64,000 nt of DNA from Felis catus (lineage: Eukaryota), in the NCBI RefSeq assembly GCF_018350175.1, contig NC_058384.1:19592001-19656000 (forward strand), given 5' to 3'. Positions 13,238 through 25,768 of the stretch are shown in pieces; position 1 is the stretch's first letter; the number at the start of each line of letters is the position of its first letter. The notes under the pieces were generated by a model. It did not search any database. It saw nothing but the letters and a program-made list of their open reading frames with translations, and had not been told where the DNA came from. Made by a program: the position numbers and the translations under genes.

Positions 13238-15301
13238 AGGGCATTTTTTAAAATGCCAGTGTCCATTACCATTATTTAAAAAAAAGAAATGGCATTTCAA
13301 TGTCAAATAATGGAGAAGGACCCAGTCTCAGAAATCTAAGAGAATTCATGTTAGCTCTATGAAAACTCACCGCTTCTTTTTCTCTTTTCACTGAGTAAGG
13401 GCTAAAACTTTGCAACGCTCTGGCCACAGCAGCAGACCTGTGTTTGGGAATCTCTGTGTCAAAGGCTCCTACGTCTCTGACAGTTCTTGGTTTAGAGACC
13501 TCATTTGCCATTGCGCCATCTGTATGCAAATTCAAGGAAAGCCACGCGTTATATGTATTTTGAGTCTTGAGGCCACAGTGACAGGCGATGGGTGCCTGCA
13601 GAGGGTAGCCACGGAGAAAACACTTTCTTTTCTATTCCTTTTTGAAGTATAGTTGAAGGAACACTTTCATCCCTCTACCTGGCCACTCATTCATTCCTTC
13701 ATTCAACATTTATGGAGCACCTACTGAATGCCAGGGACTATTTTAGGAAACCCATGGGAAAGCAGCGGAGGAATTTTCAAGGCGTACTGACACATAAATC
13801 ATGAAACAAGGAGACAAAGTTGCAAAATGCCCAAATGCCACAAAAGCAGCGCAGAGATGAGCAGATTCAGGGATGAGAGGGTTTGGGACCCAGGGAAGGA
13901 GGGGTCGTGCAGCACCCACCAAAACTCCATTCCCATCGTGCACACCCTGGTAACGACGCTGACAGCAGGCGCATCTTCAGATAAGGCAGACAATGATACA
14001 TCCCACTGTTCTAATTCCGGAACTGCTATGCCGCCTCATTAATATGTGAAAATGTGTTAAAAAGCTGCTGATAAACAGCTGCACAGAGGCAGAAATAGTG
14101 GCTCCCATCACATTTGCGAGCTTTATTGGCTTTCAAACATGGCATGAGAAACGAAGCTTTGCCTGCATGTATAAACTGGGTAATTTGCTGTAATACTCCA
14201 CTTTATTGGTAGACGTTTTGCCATATCATGTCTCCCCAACCACAGTTTCAGGACCCTTCTGATTTACACAGCTCTGTTAACTGCCTCTTTCTTAGACAGA
14301 ACTGTCATACCGACCAGCATAGTTGTTTTAACATTCCAATTTATCAATAAAACGGAAGATTGACTAGCTTCCATGCATTGCACAATTTCTAATAACAGAA
14401 TTTCTATTCACTCGAAGAGCATTTGATTAAGGAATTAGATGCAAGTTATATATAAATCAGTGCGAGCTTTGAGTCAGCTGAGGCCACGGAAAGTGCATTT
14501 CTTGGGCGGGAGGAGTAAAATTTTGTCCCAGCCCAGAAGCAGACCACGAGTTAGCAAAGAGGCTCGTCTGAAATGCTACATACAGCCAGAGTGGATTTTC
14601 CTCTCTCACCACGCTGCTCCCCAAGGCCGGGGCTAAAGCCCCAGCTTGCCTTACCTGGGGATGTCTCTGTCCTGTATTTCTCTAGCTACACTTCCCGCTG
14701 GAGGAGAAGTCCCCAGTCAAGCTGACTTCCAATTACCTCCTTTCTCCCCCCACCCCTCCCCTTTCACATGACCGATTGATGGCCTCTTCAGGTGCCTCCT
14801 GAATGCACCCATAACAGGGGACAGCCACACGGAGCTCGCCGAATTGATTTCCACCGTGTCCCCATTTGGGCCAGGCCCATACAGGTGATTTCCATCAGTG
14901 ACCTCCCCTCAGCCTCCCCCATCCCACAGAGGAATTTCAGTCTGTTGGGGCACCTTCCCTTCTGGATAAATATTACACCGCCAGCTGGCAGATGCTCTTT
15001 TCCTTCTGGGTTGGGGATTATGTATTTGTGTCATTTTTATATTGTGTTTGTTTTCTTGGCAAATGGCTTACTTCTCATTATTGGGTGGCATGGTGGGGAG
15101 AGGAAGGATATAACTCTAGGGGCGTGTTCTGCTTGATAAAAGGCAGATAATAAAAAGGTGGCTTTGTTTTTTTTTTTAACGCACAGAGTGCCAAACTATA
15201 TAATTTAACTAAACACGAAGAGCCTTGGATCCTGCAATTATCCAAGCAATATCCAAACAGTGCTTAGAACAGGGCGACTTAGAAAGGGGATTTTTTTCTT
15301 A

Positions 15302-15487
15302 GGGTGCCTGGATGGCTCAGTCAGTTAAGCGTCCGACTTTGGCTCAGGGCATGATCTCACAGTCCATGAGTTTGAGCCCCGCGTCAGACTCTGTGCGGAC
15401 AGCTCGGAGCCTGCTTCGGATTCTGTGTCTGCCCCTCCCCTGCTCGTGCTGTCTCAAAAATAAATAAAAACATTAAAATAAATTTTA
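15302..15487 (+). mobile_element. Can-SINE
   Basis: gggtgcctggatggctcagtcagttaagcgtccgact head and A tail. Confidence 0.9.
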
Positions 15488-16544
15488 AAGCAGTGAGATT
15501 TTCTTTCTTAGAAGAATTTAGATGACTCGCTTGGCACATTCATCTCCTTTCCCCTAGCTCCCCTGGACCCCGTCTGCACCCCCGGAAGAGTGCAAAAACA
15601 GGCTCTAGGGCAGAGGGTCCCCCCCCACCCCATCTAGAAAATGGGAATGCTTCCTGGTAATGCCAAGAGTAGGGAACCTTAGAATTGCAGATACGGGAGG
15701 ATTAAGTTAAAGCCCGGGGTATGAAATCTGACCTAATTAAGACACTGCTGGGGCAAAGCATTGCAACAGCAATTATACCGGTTGAAAAGGGGTGAAGTAC
15801 CTTTTAAAGCCAAGACATTCTTCTGCCAAAATTAGGCACCCCTGAGGGTCAAATGAAGAGTCATAAACGCAGGACATCCCTTCCCTTGACCTCAAACGGG
15901 GGCACCTTTCTTCCATCAGCTGCCACAGAGGCTGCCTGTGTGTGGGGGGGGGGGGGGATCTCTGCAAGGGGCCCGGGCTCCTCCTTCCAAACATCTATCA
16001 TCTCTCCTGTAGACAGTTTCCCAAAAGCTGCGGCGATCCTCTCATGTGGCCTCCCTTACAAAGCCATTCATTCATTCACAGATTTTTTTTTCACATGTAT
16101 TATATACCAAGACCTGTCCCAGCTTCTAAAGATGCAGGAATGGATCAAATTCTAACAATAAGATGACCCCATATGGCAACCTCTAGGTCAGGCATAATTT
16201 GTGGGCATTTCCTTACAAAGAGTTCTGAGGGTCTCGTGACGAGAAACGATTCATTCAGGTCTATTTTGAATTTTGAGCCTGGATTAGGTACCGGCATTGT
16301 GCAAGGTGCTGGACATACAAAGATGGGTAAGTTACATCACCCTGTCCCTGAAAAGTCACAAGTCTAACGTTCAAAACAGACATACGCATAAACACTCAAG
16401 ATAATGAGTAATATTCCTCAGCTGCACACGGGAAACAGAAGAACAGAGTTTTACCCTGGCTGAGACAGCACTGGAAGGCTGGGAACGAGGGTCGGTGGTC
16501 CTGTTTGGGTTTGCAGAACAGGTGCAACCACCTTAAACTAGGTG

Positions 16545-16720
16545 AACAAGAGGTAAGAGCCTCGGCTCTGGGGCCAGAGTACATAGGTGCAAATCCCAGC
16601 TCCTCCACTTACTGTGTGATCTTGAGGAAGTTACTAAACTCTCTGCGCCGTTATTTCCTCTTCTGGGCAGTGAGACTGATAAATCCACCTCGATGAGTTG
16701 TTTTAAAGATTAGAGAAGAG
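16545..16720 (+). mobile_element. MIR
   Basis: aagagc...ctggggccaga...aatcccagctcctccacttactgtgtgatcttg. Confidence 0.7.
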
Positions 16721-16840
16721 GCACCTACCACAATGCTTTTCCAGCTCCATCACTGACCGTGCGATGTTATGCAAATTACTTGAACTCTGTGCTCAGTTTC
16801 TTCAGAATACCCACTTCATTGTTAAGAGAATGTAATGACA

Positions 16841-17059
16841 GGGGCGCCAGGGTGGCTCAGTCGGTTGAGCGTCCGACTTCGGCTCAGGTCATGATCTCAC
16901 AGCTTGTGTGTTCGAGCCCCGCGTCGGGCTCTGTGCTGACAGCGCAGAGCCTGGAGCCTGCTTCGGATTCTGTGCCTCCCTCTCTCTCTGCCCCACCCCA
17001 CTCGCATTCTGTCTCTGTCTCTCTCAAAAATAAATAAACATTAAAAAATTAAAAAAAAA
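16841..17059 (+). mobile_element. Can-SINE
   Basis: Full head and tail; TSD agaat(g/t)taatg(a/g)ca. Confidence 0.93.
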
Positions 17060-17165
17060 GAATTTAATGGCAAACACATGTAAACTTACACTCTTGTATC
17101 AATACCTAGCACAAAATATTATTATTATTATTATCAATGCTTTTATTACCAGACACACACACTCA

Positions 17166-17351
17166 GGGCGCCTGGGTGGCTCAGTCTGTTGAGCTACTGA
17201 CTCTTGATTTCTGCTCAGGTCATGATCCCAGGGTGGGGATTGAGCCTGCTTGGGATTCTCTCTCTCTTTTTCCCTCTTCCCCTCCCCCCTCATGCATGCT
17301 CTCTCTCTTTAAAGAAAACAAAACAAACAAAAAACAAAAACAAACAAAAAA
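17166..17351 (+). mobile_element. Can-SINE (older subfamily)
   Basis: gggcgcctgggtggctcagtc head, CT-rich body, A-rich tail. Confidence 0.88.
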
Positions 17352-19092
17352 ACCCCCACACCCTCATTGCAACAATAAAAAGCTTTGCATTTTAAATTGT
17401 GTTTTCATATTCAAAGGAAAAGCTCATCAGCCTGAAAATCAGAAATTTAAGGGGATTTGGGAAAATTGATTAACCTCTCTGGGCCATGGTCTTTTCAGGG
17501 ATAAAGTTACCCCCTCCAGAACCTTCCCAACGGCCTCCTTCCAGGTAGACAGAACCAGGGTGCAATACATCAATAGCACCTGGGACAACTCTGTGCGCTC
17601 TGAGAGCTAGCACGTCACTTTCATTTCTCTATCCCATGGAAGGTCCTAAAAAATGTTTGTTGAATGAGTGGATCCAAGTTTTTGACTGACAAGTTTAGGG
17701 ACCCTGAGAAATTCAATTAACTTACTACAGGTCACCAGTTCAGCTACTGGGGTGGGAACCTAGAAGGAAAATCTCCTTAATCTTCTTCCCTGAGACTACA
17801 AAGTCAGCCTCTACAGGGTGTTAAATTGGGAGTGATTGTTTTCTTTGCAAATAATTCTTTATTTTAGGGGCCTCACATCCACTGCTTTTAAATTGCAAAC
17901 TACTCTAGTGCATTTAAAAACCGATTTAGCAAGTGTCAAAGTATCTGCAGGTTGTGGGCAATGTACCTGTTAGACAAGCTCCTTCAATTGGATCCTGACT
18001 CAAGATATTAACTGATGTGCGTTATTGGGACGGCTAACCCCCATCTGTGGCGGGAGGGGTGGGGGCAGTTGTGGCTGTCTGCACAGAGAAGAAGCTGAAA
18101 ACTAACATGACGTCACGACTATGGGGCTTCGATTTGTTCCTTAATTCAAGGGCATTTATTTAACTATCCCAAAAGTGGCCATAAAATCTTGAAGCCCAAA
18201 ACTCAAAATGATTTCTGCTCCAGGACAATGAGCTCTCCTTGGGACCCTAAATCATGATTGTAGAACGCAAGGACAGTGGAAAATCAAAACAAAAAACACT
18301 TGGTGATCATCTTTTACGCTCCAAAATGGGCCCCTGGTACGCAGAGACAAGTTTTCAAAGTCAAGACCTTTGATTTCCAAGAAGCCGGTGTGCAGGAACG
18401 CAAGAAAGTAGCTAAACTTTCCTAGCCAAGTGTTCGGAGTTATTGACATATGATCTGTTACATCCTGTTCTAGTACAGTGAGACTCCATGGATATCTACA
18501 TAGTGTCAGCCACTTGGATGATGCTTAATGAAGAGGCTTCTAAGTAATCCTCTCTTGAGAGTAAGCAGTAATTGTGAAGACGAGGAAATGTAAGGCAGAG
18601 GTGGAACTTAGGTGAAGAGATACACTCAGAAGCCATCTTCACGCGATGGCCGCCCCATGTGTGCACACACACAAAATCACACACAGGCCCCACCTCGCAT
18701 GCCGCCCTTCAGAAAGCGCCACTGCAATAGTCCGTCCTTTCCTGCCTCAGAATCGTGCAAAGGGCAGGAAGCAACAGGGGATTCTGGGGCAGTCTGGCAG
18801 GTCAGAATCAGATTCTCTCTCTTTCAGCTGCCATTGCTCCACGGCACTCGTGATCACAGTGCACTGTTGCTCTTGTTCCCTCAGACTTCCCGCACACCCA
18901 CACCGCGATGCCGCTTTAAACTTTGACCAACACATTTACTATTGTATACGCGAGCAGTGGATTTAACTTTGATCTTAGCCTACGAGAGGTGGTGCAATTT
19001 GAACATATTACGTATTGGCCCCCAAGTTCTATAAATAGATGAAACCCCTATATTGTTAAGGGGTATCGAGGCACTAAGTTCCTCAAACATGA

Positions 19093-19288
19093 TTTTTAAT
19101 GTTTATTTATTTATTTTGAGAGAGAGAGAGAGCACGAGCGGGGGAGAGGCAGAGAGAGAATCCCAAGCAGGCTCCGAGATGTCAGCACCCAGCCTGACGC
19201 AGGGCTCAACCCCATGAACCGTGAGATCGTGACCTGAGCCGAAATCGAGAGTCAGGCGCTCAACCGACTGAGCCACCCAGGTGCCCCC
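19093..19288 (-). mobile_element. Can-SINE
   Basis: Reverse-complement head gagccacccaggtgcccc. Confidence 0.9.
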
Positions 19289-21487
19289 GAACACATTTTT
19301 AAGTCTAAAAGTTCTTATGTTATGTAGTAAATGCTGTGTCTGTATGTCTGTCTCCCTCACTAGACTAAGAGTATTTTAACAGTCGAGGCTAGCATGCTGG
19401 GAATGCAGAACAGTGCCTGAAACGTCATTCATTCAATTACTGTTTGATGAATGACTGAACAAATGAATGTACGCATGGCCAGGGGCAATGTGGCTTCAAG
19501 CCCAGATTCTGAGGGCTGGATTCAGACTACCTGGACTCTAACCCCAGCTCCCTCCTTACTAGCTGTGTGCCTTTGGACAAATCGCTTAATCTCTCTGGAA
19601 TTTTCTATAAAATGTTGCATAATACCGGGCACTTCACGGACTGCATTTCACAGCACCCGATGCAAAGTAAACAGTCAAGAAGTATTATTGTTATTAGTGA
19701 AATTCGGAGTGTCTGGCCATTGTAGCTACCAGGAGACTCCAAACATTTAGGTAGTTTCACCCCCAATTCTAATCAAGAAAACCCCATTTTGTGAACCTTC
19801 ATTTCACAAGCTGAGGCAGGATTTAATGGCCTTCCAGAATGCGAAAGAACTCTGGGCACAGGTGGCGGCAAGCAGCTGTTCTCCATTTCCACTGAGGACC
19901 GGCTGAGAGTCTTAAAGAGCCACCTGAGTGATTTGGGTATAAAGTATTAGGAATAACTTCCTAATGTCGAGGGTGTGAAAGTCTGGGCTGCCGAGGAATC
20001 CCCCTCTCTTGAGATTCTTTAAAAATTGGATACTTAATCAGCTCTAAGGCAGATCAAGACCAGGACAACGCCTCACGTTCAAGTAACAGGCAGTTTGTAC
20101 AGGTCAGTCAAGTTATGCTGCCGTTGACCTAGTTCCAGCGAAGAGCTGTTACCCAGAGATGCGTACAGAGAGGAAGCATGGGAAGCAGATTCCTCTACTT
20201 AATGAGGTTGTAACAGAACATTTCACTGTGCTGTTAATCCTCATTCAAAATAACTTTACATCTCATAAAGAAACCATTTCTGGAGGACCTGAATGGGCAG
20301 TGGCTGATTCAGGCGCTCACGGGGAGCCGGCAGCGTTGGGGACCACGTTTGGCTGCAACCTCAGGGAAGTGGCCAGCACCCTGTGGCGTGCAGATCGTGA
20401 TCTGTGCAATTTCCAGCTTCAGTTGGCAAACAGGAGAGGCGAACATCACTTCCATTCCACTCTCTGGGAAGGGGTGGGAAGAAATATCAGAGAAACCCCC
20501 GAGAGCGCTCAGACCGAAATTACACCCCTATTGTTCTTTTCAAGCCGAAGACTGTTTTGCATATTTCCTCTTGGGAAGATAATATTCCGATTTTTGTGGA
20601 GAGGTGGAGGCGGTCTCTTGCCCTTCGTCTTGGTTGCCCAGAGGAGGAGACCAAAGAGAAAAAAAAAAAAAAGATTTCTAAGGGGGAAGGAAAGTTCGTG
20701 GAGGCTTTGATCCTGCACAACCTGAAGCTTGAGTTAAGGCTGACAGGGGAGTAGATGCAGGTGACTGAGGAAGCCTGGCTGGTCTGCAGTTTTATAGGCA
20801 TGTAAGGGGATTAGACAGAAGGGCTGGAATGGTGATATGTGATAAAGACACTTAAATGGGAATTTAACGGTTTGTTCTCTTCCAAATTACTGAACATTAA
20901 GTTTAAATGTTTTCATATAAATATTAAATTGTATGTATATTGCAGGATCGCAAATTTGCACATCACCGCTCAGTTTTTTAAGGAAAACGTAGCGTCTTTG
21001 TTCCCTGTAAGTATTCTTTGTCCGAGCCTACACCCCATTGAAGAACAGGGGAGGAAACACACTTGCGGGTTGATGTCTCAGGCTCTTCCCTTTGAAATAG
21101 TGTCTGTGGGTAAAGCCTTCCCTTAGAGAATTCCGCTTACTCTCTCTCCCCGCCATGGCTCATGGTGACGGGAAGGCAGGCCTGTGGCTGATACACTGGG
21201 CCCTCTGCAGGTGTCTGGCTGGGGCACAGCCGGCCCCTTGTGGCCTTCAGGGACACCGAGCCATCCTTCCCTGCTGGGGTCCATGTGCACCAGGCTGCAG
21301 GGCGCTAGAAGCTCTGCCTCAGACCTCGACCGTCCCTGAGGCCAAGCTGTTAGGACTCTCAAGTCACGTGGGACAAGTTGCTAGGCCAGAGCCAGCTTCC
21401 CCTCAGAGCCTGCAGCCTCTCCCGAGCTACAGATAAGGAAGAGGCCACAAGCCCCACGCTCTCAGGCTCCCCAGCCCTGGAGGCATC

Positions 21488-21696
21488 TTTTTTTTTTTTT
21501 TTAATGCCTTTATTTTGAGAAAGAGACAGTGTGAGTGGGGGGAGGGGCAGAAGGAGAGGGAGACACAGAATCTGAAACAGGCTCAGGCTCTGAGCTGTCA
21601 GCACAGAGCCCGACCTGGGGCTCGAACCCACAAACTGCGAGGTCATGACCTGAGCTGAAGTTGGACGCTTAACCGACTGAGCCTCGCAGGCGCCCC
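21488..21696 (-). mobile_element. Can-SINE
   Basis: Reverse-complement head and poly-T. Confidence 0.9.
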
Positions 21697-22468
21697 CTAG
21701 CAGCAGATTTCTATCACAACCTGCTCTGCTCCCCAAAGCTTCCACCTTCTAAAGAAGGGAACAAATACTTTCCTCTTACAGCTGCACTTGCTTTGTTTCA
21801 CCAAAACTGGTTTCGGCCAGCTGAAGCTGTAAAAGAATCATGACCTTCAGCAACCTCCCCACCATCACCACGAGTAAAAAGAGCTGATAAACAACCAAGA
21901 ACTCTGGGTGACCCCGGTTCATCAGACCTCACTGGACCCAGCTGAGGGCTCTTTCCTGCCCAAGGAACAACAGGACTTGTTTTAACCAACCATGTACAGA
22001 CTAATGGATGCACCTGACTTTGCAGAGCACAAACTTTCAATCATGAATTAGCAAACCTAGCATGACGGCCTCCCTTTCTAGTGCATAAACCCCCCTGACT
22101 TACCCTCGGAAAAGTAGTCCCTTGCTGGGTATCCCTCTGCCCAGGAAGTAACTCAGCTCAGTGCTTGCTCTGTTGATGCTTTACTCCTGGCTTTCCATGG
22201 ATAACGCCAACGGGAGGAGGAAGTGAGCACACCAGCATCTGCTGTCTCTGCCTTCCTCTTCAGCCCTCACTCTCCTCCTCTCAAGAGCTTCTTTTTATGG
22301 GGTAGGACTTCCCTGAAGCCCTTGTTCCCAGGGGCACTAAGCCACAGGCTCTGGCATTGGTGGCAGATAGGTGCGTGAAGAAAAACTCAGTAATAAGGAC
22401 ACTGAATGAAAAGTAGTTTTAAGTTCCTGTTCCATTACCTATATCATGAATGAAAAACTGACCGTTTA

Positions 22469-22675
22469 GGTGCACCCGGGTGGCTCAGTCGGTTAAGTGT
22501 CCAAGTTCAGCTCAGGTCATGATCTCACGGTTTGTGAGTTCGAGCCCCGCGTCGGGCTCTGTGCTGACGGCTCAGAGCCTGGAGCCTCCTTCAGATTCTG
22601 TGTCTCCCTCTCTCTGCCCCTCCTCTGTTCGTGCTGTCTCTCTCCCAAAAATAAACATTAAAAAAATATATTAAA
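22469..22675 (+). mobile_element. Can-SINE
   Basis: Head and tail; TSD tgac(c/a)gttta. Confidence 0.92.
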
Positions 22676-22793
22676 ACAAATGACAGTTTAACTTGGTAGG
22701 CGACAGGACAGTCTAGATTTTACTTATTATATTGTTTACTAATAATTTTTTAAACCAACCACACTTATAGAGCGCTTGGTTTGTTCCAGATAC

Positions 22794-23004
22794 TTTTTTT
22801 TTTTAACGTTTTATTTATTTTTGAGACAGAGACAGAGCATGAACAGGGGAGGGGCAGAGAGAGAGGGAGACACAGAATCTGAAACGGGCTCCAGGCTCTG
22901 AGCCGTCAGCCCGGAGCCCGACGCGGGGCTCGAACTCACGGACCGTGAGATCATGACCGGAGCCGAAGTCGGACGCTTAACCGACTGCGCCACCCAAGCG
23001 CCCC
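22794..23004 (-). mobile_element. Can-SINE (SINEC_Fc)
   Basis: Reverse-complement full element; TSD tactttt. Confidence 0.93.
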
Positions 23005-23940
23005 TCGGGTACTTTTCTAAGACTTTGGTTCTCATTCTTGCATGTCCCTATGTGGTAGCTACTATCATAATTCTCATCCTCATTTTATAGTTGAGGGAAC
23101 TGAAGCACCAGTCAGCGAAATAACCTTGCCCAAGTTTACAAGGTTGAGCTGCCTTGAGCTCCGAGTCTGGGTCCTGTGAAACTCACACACGACTGCCATA
23201 GTACTGCCACTGGGTGTCAGCACACCAGAGTGAAGGAGCAGCAGTCTTTCAGGGGAAGTAAGGAAACAGCATTGACTGAGGGCCTTCTCAGTCTAGAAAA
23301 CACTTATGCAGACATTTCCTAATTTAATCTGAGAGATGAATAAACTTTTTAGAGAACAGAGTATGCAATATTTAGTTAATGGAGTGACTGATTTGCATCA
23401 GAGGCGCTTTTGTCCATATTTTTTCAATTGAAAAAACAACACTAGACTTGGAAGTTAAGAGGCTCAGTCCCCAGATTCTTTGTTAACAAAGGGCTCTTTC
23501 CAGCTATACGCACCTTATCACACAATGAAACCATTATTAGAAGCACTTCAGGGATGAATGTGTTCTGGATGCTCTCTCCCTCTGCAAAAATCAGCCAGAG
23601 ACAAGCATTTGCTATAAAATGATCTGGTTTAATCGCTATCAACATCAGAACTGTACTGCATTAGAGTACAAAACCTGTATGTACAATTACACATACAAAA
23701 AAATGTTCTTTGTGAGGAGCAATTTTCAGCAAATCTGACAAACAGCAAGAGTCATTCCTATTTTGGGTTTGAAAAGAGAACTGGAAGCTTCCAAGATGTT
23801 CCCCGCCTCCCTCTGGCTCCCATGACCCTGCGAACATCAATCCGCAGAGGCCCGAGGTAGGAAGGGCGGGGTTAACACTATCAGGCACACGTTCTCCTCT
23901 CTCAGGGAAGGGGTGCATTTTTAGGAAACATCCCCCATCA

Positions 23941-23946
23941 TTTATT
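23941..23946 (-). terminator. Candidate SEC16B polyadenylation signal AATAAA (3' UTR about 0.7 kb)
   Basis: First visible minus-strand AATAAA after the stop codon; part of the UTR is in an N-gap. Confidence 0.55.
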
Positions 23947-24616
23947 ATACTGATGTTCCATCCATCTGCATCACTAGGTTCAGCGGTTACCATGACAATA
24001 TGATGCCTATAGCAATCTNNNNNNNNNNNNNNNNNNNNNNNNNNNNNNNNNNNNNNNNNNNNNNNNNNNNNNNNNNNNNNNNNNNNNNNNNNNNNNNNNN
24101 NNNNNNNNNNNNNNNNNNNNNNNNNNNNNNNNNNNNNNNNNNNNNNNNNNNNNNGGGAATTATGACAGGAAGCAATAATCAAGTTTCAGTATAAAAGCTC
24201 TGCTAACTAGAGGCACGAATCGGTCCATAACTAAGACTGAGGAACCAAAGTTAGTTGCGAATATTGCTCTGAGAGCCTCCCCCAAATAATTTCCTGCCTC
24301 AGAGCCCAGTGGGTTCTCATTGATTCCAGCCAAGGGGTTCTTAAGCTTGACTTTCCTGAAGATCTGAAGCCACCATCTTGAATCTCCCCCATGGCATTCT
24401 GCTCACCTCCGGTCTGCTATTCTACCCGACTACTCTCCATCATTCTGAAGCCAATGTTAAGAGACTGGACTGAGCTGTGTCCTAGAAGACCCTGTCCTCT
24501 TGCCTTCTTCGTGACAGGGGAGGCAATAGGCCAGCACAACCCTCTTGGGGACCCCAATATGGCAGAGGGGCTGGAGATCAAGGAAGGAGACCAGCTTGGA
24601 ACGGGTGTGGTTTTCA

Positions 24617-24685
24617 TCACGGCTGGGTTGGATAGCGGCGCTGGGCTAGGCGATTCGGCCGGTTCAAGCTAGTAGCTATGGAGAG
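24617..24685 (-). CDS. SEC16B: SEC16B last coding exon ([22 protein letters not shown])
   Basis: cctttccag acceptor; TGA TGA stop. Confidence 0.95.
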   Translation of the reverse strand, partial: LSIATSLNRPNRLAQRRYPTQP

Positions 24686-25737
24686 CTGGAAAGGAATAAA
24701 CGTCACATGAGATTATAGCCCCAAGCAGGACTCCATCCAGGGCTGGCTAGCAGGACTGAGCTAGGGGATCCTGAACACGCGAGCTGTATGTGGCTTCCTT
24801 TTGTCATAATCTAATTAGTTACTTTCACCCAACATCTCTTGGATGTGGCAGAAGAAATTCAATTTTATGAAGGGGGGAGGCCAACTCGGCACATTAGAGG
24901 GTCGGTCTTCCCCAGGTCCCTGAAGAGCAGGAAGTTTAGCTTCTCTCAAAGGTTGCAATGATCCCCTCACCCCCCCCCATTGGAGTAATGGTATTTCCAT
25001 ACCACTGGTACCAACACCAATGTGTCTCTCAAAGTCTCAAGACCTGTGAAAGGTCAAGAGTCGTATCACTAATAACTAACGACACTGATTGACCATTCTC
25101 TGTGTGCGGTCCTTCACATACATGCTCCCATTTAATCCTCACACCTACCCTGCAAGGTAGCTACTACCAACCCCACTTTATAGATGCAGAAACTGAGGCT
25201 TACAGAGGGCAAGTAAGGCATTGCCCAAGAACTCACACATAGTAAGAGGCAAACTAGGATTATAAACCTGGATCACCTTCATCCAAAATTTGTGCTCCTA
25301 ACCCGTCTCCTTCTGGGCTTCCTTACCTGGGGCACCTGAGATGGGTTGTAGAGAGGAACACCTCCTTTCAAGGGGGGTGGGGGGAGCAGGACACCAGGGT
25401 TGTAGAAAAACTCAGAGGAAACACCCTGTGATGGAAATCAATAGAAAATCCTATCAATCACCATTTCTGATTCCAGAAAATCAAGGGCTTCCCTGCACAT
25501 CAACTTTGGTCAAGAGATGCAGATAGAAAGGGATTCTTGCTAGAACTCAGGTAATTCAAGCAAACAGCCATCACCCACGTGGGCACAGCCAACCCTGGAT
25601 GTAATGTCATATTCTCTGAGAGGCCTAAAATACTACAAGAGTGCTCTAACCCAACCACAGGAAATAAAAATGGTTTCCTGGCAATTAGCATGAAATTTGT
25701 ACCGTGTGCAAGATTTATCAAGAATTTACAGCCCTCA

Positions 25738-25768
<31 letters not shown>

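Noticed and set aside
12921-13244. Recurrent ORFs such as [18 protein letters not shown] and [13 protein letters not shown] across the window
   Set aside because: Translations of Can-SINEs, not a gene family.
16841-16920. tRNA-like A/B boxes
   Set aside because: tRNA-derived SINE heads, not tRNA genes.
20159-20710. 183-aa plus-strand ORF
   Set aside because: No recognisable domain; the basic tail comes from a poly-A run; consistent with a chance ORF.
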